A DNA stretch of 35,865 nucleotides from Bacteroidales bacterium (GTDB taxonomy: Bacteria; Bacteroidota; Bacteroidia; Bacteroidales; UBA932): the NCBI GenBank assembly GCA_017444905.1, contig JAFSVP010000141.1:1-35865 (forward strand). Reading direction: 5' to 3'. The notes under the pieces were generated by a model, which was not told the DNA's origin, ran no database searches, and saw only the letters and a program-made list of their open reading frames with translations. This document shows, piece after piece, positions 27,401-33,257 of the stretch. A program made the translations under genes and the position numbers. Position 1 is the stretch's first letter; each line of letters starts with the position of its first letter.

Positions 27401-28679
27401 TCCAGGAGAGGAGAGCCTCCTGCTGTGCTGCGGTCATATGCCTGAGCTCGGCCACGGTGCGGGCGGTGGCCATGGAGGCGAAGGTGGCGCAGTAGCTGTC
27501 GGTGAGGCTGCGGAGAAGCTCTTCCGAATACTGGTCAGGACGGTACCACCAGCGGATGTACCAGGGGCCCTCTTCGCTGCTGAAAAGCTCCGACGACAGG
27601 CCCATTCCCGGAGGATTGGTTCGAAGATCCTCGGCCTCCAGCTTCTGCCCGTCAAGGGTGATGGGAATGGTCACGCCCACGAACTGCCCCTGGAAGGAAA
27701 GGCTTAGGGAGGCGTTCAGGCCAAGGTCGCGGTTGCAGTCGGCAAAGGAGTAGAACGCCCGCTGGCGTATGCCGCGAGTCTGTTCGTTAAGTTTCTGGAT
27801 GACGTCGGCGATTTCCTGCTCGGGAGAAGCCTCCACGAGGACGGGAATAGTATGCACGCACATACTCATCGCGTTGCGGGTATTGGCGCCCTTGCGGCCG
27901 TTCCATATACTGGCGAAGCAGGCTTTCGTATCGGCATTCCAGGCGGCAAGGGTAAGGCCCCAGGCAGCATGAGCCAGGATGCTCTCGGCATATCTGTGTA
28001 CCGATGCAACTTCCCTCGCGCAGGCGGCGTCGATGCTCAGGGGGATGAGGAGCTCCCTGTAGGGCGCAGGCTCCTGTCCATAAACGTCGGGGATAATCTG
28101 GGAGGGGGTGTCGGCAGCTTCCGCAAAGGTGGCGGTGTACCATTCCTTTGCCTCCGCGTATGCCTCCGAATTGCGTGCAGCATCTTCTTCCATAGCTATG
28201 TCGGCACCGGAGAAGGCCTCTTTCTGCAATTCGGAACCTTCGTACGCTACCTGAATGTCGCGCAGGAAAATGCCGGCCGAAGCACCGTCAAAGATGATAT
28301 GATGGAAATCGGCATAGAAATAATTCCCTTCGAGGGTTTTATATATTTCCATCCTGAAAAGGGGTTTGCCTGCATTGAGGTCCATAGTGGCGCAGAAACC
28401 CTTGCGGGGCTCTTCCATCGACTCCACTTCCAGGACGGGGACCTTCCACCCGCTTTCTTCGGGAGTGCTCATCCGGGGCTCCCCTTCATCCATTACGATG
28501 GTGGAAAGCAGGTAAGGATGCGCAGCCACGAAGGTCTCGAGGGCACGGGCAAACTTTTCCAGGGGGATGCTCTCGGGAATTCTGTAAAGCGACGCCTGCT
28601 GGTAATTGCCGTCTTCGGGCCTGAGGCCCTGGCAAGACAGATAAATACTGAGCTGTGATTGGGATAAAGGTGATATCAT
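21441..28679 (-). CDS. Two-module non-ribosomal peptide synthetase, C-A-T-C-A-T-R (terminal thioester reductase)
   Basis: HHIIFDG (~28290), SGTTGTPKG (~26910), YGPTE, YRTGD, GLSSL (~25780), HHTVFDG (~25230), SGTTGVPKG (~23885), LGGTSL (~22765), TGATGFLG (~22500) and YAHSK. Confidence 0.96.
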   Translation of the reverse strand: MISPLSQSQLSIYLSCQGLRPEDGNYQQASLYRIPESIPLEKFARALETFVAAHPYLLSTIVMDEGEPRMSTPEESGWKVPVLEVESMEEPRKGFCATMDLNAGKPLFRMEIYKTLEGNYFYADFHHIIFDGASAGIFLRDIQVAYEGSELQKEAFSGADIAMEEDAARNSEAYAEAKEWYTATFAEAADTPSQIIPDVYGQEPAPYRELLIPLSIDAACAREVASVHRYAESILAHAAWGLTLAAWNADTKACFASIWNGRKGANTRNAMSMCVHTIPVLVEASPEQEIADVIQKLNEQTRGIRQRAFYSFADCNRDLGLNASLSLSFQGQFVGVTIPITLDGQKLEAEDLRTNPPGMGLSSELFSSEEGPWYIRWWYRPDQYSEELLRSLTDSYCATFASMATARTVAELRHMTAAQQEALLSWNPGPIEDANPGRNVLDYFKENVAARPGDTALVYKDKKISFADVDRLSDNLAAEILRLTSPGGVVSIILGRNEWMMIAPLAALKAGCAYQPLDPSYPAERLNFMVKDASASLLIADPGLEKLVTEYEGPVIGTDKIYSLPEGKPEAPAPKPENLFILLYTSGTTGTPKGCQLTHGNVTAFGINNSRNLSVGPDSQMTAYASFGFDAFMGDLSTALVAGATLHVIPEEIRLDLAQLDAYFTANGITHSLMTTQVAIQFALNYPDNPSLKCLYTGGEKMPSIALPKYQLVNCYGPTESTCYVVFKKVARQEENVPIGKPLPGVHAYVVAKGGALLPVGAAGELLVSGPQVGPGYLGRPEKTAEVFIDNPYEDDEYFRHVYRTGDIVRYRADGDIEFIGRRDNQVKIRGFRIEPKEIETVIRDFSGITDVTVQAFDEKGGNGKFLAAYIVGPEPVDKKALADFIASRKPPYMVPAVIMQIDAIPLTVNQKVDRKALPEPVAEKHSAPAEAAPLNLLEQQLAELIAETVQIEGVGLTEPLYLYGLSSLSALRLATALYKKYGIQVDMNNFARTASLQTIENEVLKALLKGGAGAQEQNRAAAPAELTGQQTGIWFECMKAPHETFYNIPQYWTFPADLNPDTLRQAVLDVIRCHPYINTHFVTEGGVVRQVPVEAEPEVGFVLLKDEEIPAYAAGFVQPFELEKGPLYRINVVKTPTALHLFMDFHHTVFDGRSCDIFLTELTAALGGTAPKAEGYSYFNYAADQQSADMSAARDFFAGVMEGFEEPAALLPDLEPTEERGLGAYLELPVGADISERCKQLGISEASYCLAAVYLAASAFSGKESVYMCTVSNGRNDMRTSDTFGMFVNTLAISSKPGAGISVDEFLRRTDSDFSGVIAHEDYPFARLSSDFDFQPQMMYAYQAGILTEYKVNGQPLTGTSLEIGAPKFPLSIFVKGTAEEPVFSLGYDNSLYSPELIRSFGQCLQTVVRGLLADGPLEALPLSGPDTLKALDGFNAYDRKVDGAQTIVSLFRKAAAATPDALAVLFKDKQLSFKELDQRSERIAAYISSLGLGREGVVSILISRSELMAVTALGALKAGCAYQPLDPSYPAERLNFMIKDASAGLLIADDSLCDVLTEYDGPVLLTSQLDTLPEGSAGEGPAPENLFILLYTSGTTGVPKGCMLEHRNLVNFCSWYREYYGLKPGDRVGAYASFGFDACMMDMWPALTTGAAVCIVDEETRHDLSALDKFLRESGVTHCFMTTQVGVMYARNFPDNPVLKHLSVGGEKLVSMDPPSYAFHNGYGPTECTIFTTIFDVLKREANIPIGHPLGNLHLYVVDKWMRRMPAGAPGELLVSGPQVGRGYLGRPDKTAEVYVANPFCSEAPYDRVYRTGDIVRYRTDGNIEFVGRRDGQVKIRGFRVETKEVEAVIMEYPGVKEVTVQAFDSPSGGKFIAAYVVYEGKLDNSALGAFIGERKPSYMIPASINQIEHIPLNVNQKVDRKALPAPVVQAGGDYVEPVGETEKALCEIFARTLECERVGATDSFFDLGGTSLLVTQVLVKAEKAGLRFSYGDVFSHPTPRSLAAFLGGGEEGPADTDVASYDYSAINHLLEGNSLQALASGKPQPLGKRILLTGATGFLGIHLLRELLEHTGEDTEVWCLLRGKGALTAERRLSEMLVYYFRKNYRQLIGGRIKVVEGDITRPDTLAALEGQGIDMVLNSAANVKHFSKGTDIMDVNYGGVKNLVEFCVRTGARLVQVSTESVAGEASSASTMQQLTEQSLYFGQNVDNQYAHSKFLAERIILQNMAEGKLDAKIMRAGNLSPRAEDGEFQVNFSANSAMGRLHSFQLIGAFPYAMLEAKMEFSPIDETARAMVLLSETPRECCVFNVSNDHLLPFDDVVSRLGGVRYVEMEEFLQLLDVAKQDPDKARQLSALLAYAKSGSLESLGNPPSISYTMQVLHRLGFSWDQTSRGYVDMIFDMLRSLGYLHE

Positions 28680-28691
28680 TAGATTGATTTT

Positions 28692-29174
28692 TTATGTCGT
28701 AATCAAGCGGATTGTCATAATTGCTATGTCGTCGTTCTGCCGGGCCTTGCCCCTGAAAATGCAGACCTTGTCCAGCAGGGAGCCGCAGGTCTGCCGGGCG
28801 TCGCCGTAATCGTGCGAAGCCCATTCCAGCAGGGAGTCCTCTCCGAAGAACGCCTTGTCGTGGTTGCGGGCCTCGGTGACGCCGTCGGTATAGAATACCA
28901 GCCGGGAGCCGGGCGCGAGCGTAAGCTTTTGCGATTTGTACTCGAAGCCCGGGAAGCCGCCCAGGACGAAATTGCTCAGCTGGGGCAGGAAGTCTCCGTT
29001 CAGCAAGGTCTTGGTGTGGCCGGCGTTGCAATACTCCATCTCCCCGGTATTCAGGTCGATGGTACCCAGCAGCAGGGCCTTGTTGGAGACGACGTGCGCT
29101 ACGCGCGACGCAACCAGCGTAAGAGCGATGAAAATGGCAAACGCTATCAGATTACCCGCCCTGAGAGAATGCAT
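28692..29174 (-). pseudogene. Internally deleted SpoIIE/PP2C-type Ser/Thr phosphatase gene (one TM segment fused to the C-terminal half of the domain)
   Basis: GTIDLNTGEMEYCNAGH, LVFYTDGVTEA and QNDDIAI are present. The N-terminal GGD and DVSGKG metal-binding motifs are absent. Confidence 0.8.
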
Positions 29175-29183
29175 GATTCCTGA

Positions 29184-30542
29184 CTATTCGTGGATTTGGA
29201 AAACCGCTATTGCAATAAGTGCCAGAGGCGCCACGAAGCGGATGAGGAAGATGATGGTCTTGAGCAGCCACGGCGACAGCTTCAGGCCTCCGCCGTTGGT
29301 CAGCTCGTCATACACCTCTTTACGACCGAGCCTCCAGCCCACGAAGATGACTACCAGAAGGCCACCGATGAGCATCAGGAAATTGGCCGACAGGAAGTCG
29401 AACAGGTCGAAGATGGTCTTGCCGAAGATTTTGAAGTCGGCAAGCGGGCCCATTGAAAGAGAACAGAGCACGCCGAGTATCCAGATAAGGATAAAAACCA
29501 CGGCGACGGCCGCTTTTCTCTTCATCTTGAACTCTTCTATGCAGAAGGCCACTATCACTTCCAGTATGGAGATTGACGAGGTAAGTGCGGCAAGCAGAAG
29601 GGCCAGGAAGAAGAAAATGGCGACGACTCCTCCCAGAGGCATCTGGCTGAAGATTTGAGGCAGGGTGATGAACACGAGGCCGGGGCCTTCGCCGGGGGCG
29701 ATTCCGAAGGCGAACACGGCCGGCATAATGGCACAGCCCGCGATGAGGGCGAAGACCGTATCCGCGGCTGCCGTCTGCGCGCCTAACGAAATGATATTGG
29801 CGTCTTTCTTTACATAGGAGGCGTAGGTGATTACCATGCAGGCTCCCAGCGACAGCGAGAAGAACGCCTGCCCAAGCGCCGCCAGGAAGGTCTGGGAGGT
29901 CACTTTGGACCAGTCGGGCTTGAAAAGATAGCTGATGCCGGGGCCGCTGCCCTCGAGCGTCATGGAGCGTACTGCAATGCCTATGACAATGAGAAACAGC
30001 AGCGGCATCATTACTTTCGAGAACTTCTCGATGCCGTTCTTCACGCCCGCAATCACGATTCCGGCGGTCAAGGCCAGGAATATGCCGTGGCAGATGAGGG
30101 GACGCCACACGGAGGTGGAAAAGCCGGAGAACAGGTTGCTGAAGGTATTGGAATCACCGGTTGTAAAATCAAAACAGACGGCTTTGTACAGATACTCCGC
30201 ACCCCAGCCGCCGACGACTGAATAGAATGACAGGATGAGGACGCAGCAAATGACGCCCAGCACGCCGGTAATGCCCCAGCGGCTGCCCGGAGCCAGCTTG
30301 CGGAAGGCTGCACGGGCGCTGGCCTGGCTGCGCCTGCCTATGATGAACTCGGCCAGCATTACCGGAAGGCCCACCAGAAGCACGAAACCAAGATAGATAA
30401 GGATGAAGGCGGCACCTCCGTTCTGGCCCAACAGATAGGGGAAACGCCACAAGTTCCCGAGCCCCACGGCCGATCCGGCCAGAGCCACCAGCACGCCGAA
30501 CGAGCTGCCGAATGAATCTCTTTTTGCGGTTTGATCAGTCAT
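29184..30542 (-). CDS. Sodium-dependent transporter, NSS/SNF family (LeuT-like)
   Basis: GSAVGLGNLWRFPY..GQNGGAAF, GIEK..K.MMP, GQAFFSLSLG, GPGLVFITLP and AALTSSISILE. Start at MTDQT. Confidence 0.93.
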   Translation of the reverse strand: MTDQTAKRDSFGSSFGVLVALAGSAVGLGNLWRFPYLLGQNGGAAFILIYLGFVLLVGLPVMLAEFIIGRRSQASARAAFRKLAPGSRWGITGVLGVICCVLILSFYSVVGGWGAEYLYKAVCFDFTTGDSNTFSNLFSGFSTSVWRPLICHGIFLALTAGIVIAGVKNGIEKFSKVMMPLLFLIVIGIAVRSMTLEGSGPGISYLFKPDWSKVTSQTFLAALGQAFFSLSLGACMVITYASYVKKDANIISLGAQTAAADTVFALIAGCAIMPAVFAFGIAPGEGPGLVFITLPQIFSQMPLGGVVAIFFFLALLLAALTSSISILEVIVAFCIEEFKMKRKAAVAVVFILIWILGVLCSLSMGPLADFKIFGKTIFDLFDFLSANFLMLIGGLLVVIFVGWRLGRKEVYDELTNGGGLKLSPWLLKTIIFLIRFVAPLALIAIAVFQIHE

Positions 30543-30620
30543 CGTCAATATTGTTTTCTCTTGAATCCCGTAAATGTAGCAATAAAGGCGCGCGTTTGCA
30601 AGCATACGCGCTATACAAGT

Positions 30621-30654
30621 ATGCCCGCATTCGGGAAATCCCGAATGCGGGCAT
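30621..30654. terminator. Perfect 16-bp hairpin between the secreted-protein cluster and the transporter
   Basis: ATGCCCGCATTCGGGA-aa-TCCCGAATGCGGGCAT. No strong U-tract, so either a terminator or a REP-like palindrome. Confidence 0.55.
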
Positions 30655-30740
30655 GCAAGCCTTGACTTCTTCCGCACCGTCCGGGCCGTCTGCAAAAAGA
30701 AGCTTCCGGTCGTCGACCGGGTAAAGTCTTCAAAAGACTA

Positions 30741-31367
30741 TTAATTGGCGTCCTGCTGGAAAGGAATACCGTTAATCCAGTTGCTGATGCTGTCTCCAAG
30801 CTCGTTGATGAGCTGCTGCTCGCTTGCAGCAGCTCTCAGGGCGTCGAGATGAGCCTGACGTGCCGCTTCCGGGTCGATATAGAAATAGCCCTTGACTTCC
30901 AGCTGTTTAGGATTTGTCGGGTCTTTCCTCACCACCCAGGCAGCAGTCTTCAGCTGGCCAGACAATTCATTAATCACTTTCGATTCATAGGCCTCAATGA
31001 ATTTCTGTTGCTGCTGCTTTGCAATTTCTGATGCTGCAATCTCGACCTTACCCTTAATAAAGGCACGCTGCCTATACGAATACTCCGTTGCAGCATTGAC
31101 GGTCGCAATCCGTCTGGCGAGATTCTTGAATCTGCTTTCATTAGCGATGGCCGTCGCAAACATTGTTTCCTTGCCTTCGTCTCTTTTGGCAATGTAAAAC
31201 TTCGCCAGAAGTGTGACCAAATCGCCGTCCTCACATTTATAACCTTCCTTCTTGTCCTGTCGGGCCATTGTCTTTGCTTCTTTAGTCTGTTTTGCCGTCT
31301 GGGCATTGGCCGGGGAGACCGCAAAAAGGGCCAGGGCCGAGCTGATGATAATAAACAACTTTTTCAT
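30741..31367 (-). CDS. Secreted hypothetical protein (possibly LPP20-like fold)
   Basis: Sec signal MKKLFIII...ANA|Q and a 208-aa helical/charged body. Starts 12 bp after the upstream gene's stop. Confidence 0.8.
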   Translation of the reverse strand: MKKLFIIISSALALFAVSPANAQTAKQTKEAKTMARQDKKEGYKCEDGDLVTLLAKFYIAKRDEGKETMFATAIANESRFKNLARRIATVNAATEYSYRQRAFIKGKVEIAASEIAKQQQQKFIEAYESKVINELSGQLKTAAWVVRKDPTNPKQLEVKGYFYIDPEAARQAHLDALRAAASEQQLINELGDSISNWINGIPFQQDAN

Positions 31368-31379
31368 AATAATGAGTAT

Positions 31380-33257
31380 TTAGAATGAATAGAGTCCTAT
31401 GAGGCCGTTGTCTCCGGGAACTTTAGGCATATCCGGTTCCTCCTGCCAAGTCCTGACATAGATAACCGGCTTGTCTGGGTCGTTCAGGTCGACCAGAAGA
31501 AAAAGGTAACCCTTATCGGCATAGTTTGAACTGTAGTAGTCCTGTTTTATCTGGATACCATAGCGCTCTCCGAATTCACCGTGAAGGCCCGCCCTGCGAA
31601 CATTATTGTTGGCAAAGCGGATATTGATGAATTCATTGCTCTTGAAAGCCCGTGCAAGACGCTCGATATAAGCTTTCTTTTCGTATCTCGTCTTAGTCAC
31701 GACCGGGTTGTCGGAAGTTGCTATCTGCTTTCCGTCGCCCGATACGTAATTATGTTTCTTCGTTACGTGCCCGACTATTATTATTGCATTGTTGTCAAAA
31801 ATCGATTCGATATAGTCAAGACGCTTAAGGGCGAAAGCCGTCTTGTAATTTTCAAGGAACTCAAGGATGGAGAGCCGTGCCGCATCGGGCCATTTGCCCT
31901 TTGTAAGAATGTCTTCCGTTGCATCCTTGTCCAGACCGAAGGCAAGGCAATCTATTTTCTTTTCAGGAGTGAAAGTAAAGACCACGTCTTCCACGAAATT
32001 TTTTCGCACTCCTCTGGAAAAAGAGAACGACATTTTGAGACTCCTGGCATAGATGCAGTTGTTGTGCCTGTATAGAGAGGGCATCTGGTCGCCGACAAGT
32101 TTCGCCTTCCCGTACTTGAGCAGCTTGTCGAACATATCGCGCCCGCAGGGCGTGAAATATTTGTAACATCCGGAATACTGCCCGGTCCTGATTCCGTTCG
32201 CTATGTTGTTGAGGATGGAAAGGTAATCGGCGGACTCGGCATCTGAGAGTTGAAAGATGGCTTTATCTCCCGTATCCTTGATGACTTCTTCTCCCTTGGA
32301 CAGTGAAACAGCCTTGTCTTCCGACTTTTTCTCCGGTTTTTCTTTGGCCTCTATTGCAAGGGGTACCATAACTTCCGATTTTTTCCACTTGAAAGTTTTG
32401 ACCACCTTGAGCACTGCTTCGACTTCCGTGTCCATAGATGCCTGCCCCAGGTACTTGAATTCAAAACGGATGAAAATGTTTGAAGGAAGTACTTCAGGGT
32501 TTAGTTCTATTACACCCGTTCCGTCTTTCGCGCTGCATATATTGCTCCAGCCGCGCCCGTCGTTATAAGAGAAGTCGAGCGAAGACGCCGGTCCGCCCCT
32601 GAATTTGAAATACGTTATCAGGTCATTTTTTTCAAGAGGGCCGAACGACACGGATATGTCTCCGAAAATTTCGTTCAATTTGTCCGGAATCCAGGTCTGG
32701 AGAACCCGTTCCTTTCCCTTCCCGTCAGTGTATTCGACATCTATCGGATTTTTTATCGTCTTCAGGAGGGAATATGCCCAATAATAGTAACGCAGGGCGT
32801 CGTCCACTTTCTTCCTTTCCTCTGCACTTTCTGCAAGGCGCACGTATTCCTTGATATTCTTTATGCGGTTTTCAAATATCTTGTCAATTTGATTATTCTC
32901 AAGCCAGACTCCCACTTTCCATTTGCCGGGCTTGTCTCTGAGTATTTCTTTCTTGATACCGTTGATTCTTGCCGACGAAAACGTGCTAATCTTGTTTTTC
33001 ACATACAGGCTCTGCTCCGACTTGTCGTTGGTTGAACTTTCGTCGAAACTTGCCTGATATCGACTTGATATAACAACGGTTATACTGCTCAAAAGATCTC
33101 CCAGCGCAGCGTTGTAAGCATTTTCCTCGTTTTCTCCTTCCCCGATTCCAAAGCAGTAGTTGTCCTTATCCTTCAACACGCTGTCCCACTCTGATTTCTG
33201 CGCTATCAGTTGGGTGCATGACAGGATAAGAAGTATAATAATTATTGTTTTTTTCAT
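31380..33257 (-). CDS. Secreted LPP20-like protein with conserved-looking C-terminal (NTF2-like?) domain
   Basis: Signal MKKTIIIILLILSC; FGIGEG....A...AL.DL...I.V.ISS resembles LPP20; C-terminal IQIKQDYYSSNYADKGYLFLLVD..VRTWQ. ATGA overlap with the upstream stop. Confidence 0.75.
   Translation of the reverse strand: MKKTIIIILLILSCTQLIAQKSEWDSVLKDKDNYCFGIGEGENEENAYNAALGDLLSSITVVISSRYQASFDESSTNDKSEQSLYVKNKISTFSSARINGIKKEILRDKPGKWKVGVWLENNQIDKIFENRIKNIKEYVRLAESAEERKKVDDALRYYYWAYSLLKTIKNPIDVEYTDGKGKERVLQTWIPDKLNEIFGDISVSFGPLEKNDLITYFKFRGGPASSLDFSYNDGRGWSNICSAKDGTGVIELNPEVLPSNIFIRFEFKYLGQASMDTEVEAVLKVVKTFKWKKSEVMVPLAIEAKEKPEKKSEDKAVSLSKGEEVIKDTGDKAIFQLSDAESADYLSILNNIANGIRTGQYSGCYKYFTPCGRDMFDKLLKYGKAKLVGDQMPSLYRHNNCIYARSLKMSFSFSRGVRKNFVEDVVFTFTPEKKIDCLAFGLDKDATEDILTKGKWPDAARLSILEFLENYKTAFALKRLDYIESIFDNNAIIIVGHVTKKHNYVSGDGKQIATSDNPVVTKTRYEKKAYIERLARAFKSNEFINIRFANNNVRRAGLHGEFGERYGIQIKQDYYSSNYADKGYLFLLVDLNDPDKPVIYVRTWQEEPDMPKVPGDNGLIGLYSF

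Noticed and set aside
28677-28694. Phosphatase remnant and NRPS are in the same frame, separated by one TAA and four codons (possible fusion or readthrough)
   Set aside because: The spacer is a typical A-rich Bacteroidota initiation region, the stop is TAA, and the NRPS begins with a normal C-domain start (PLSQSQ). Same frame is a one-in-three coincidence.
30563-30571. gaatcccgt as a distal att copy of tRNA-Gly bounding an NRPS island
   Set aside because: Only 9 bp, lacks the acceptor-stem part and is compatible with chance. No integrase is seen.
30543-30695. N-terminal extensions from the ORF track (transporter; likewise murA, murB, thrA, the LPP20-like gene and the first ATPase)
   Set aside because: The extensions run through promoters, hairpins or neighbouring genes. 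Downstream ATGs match family starts or signal peptides.
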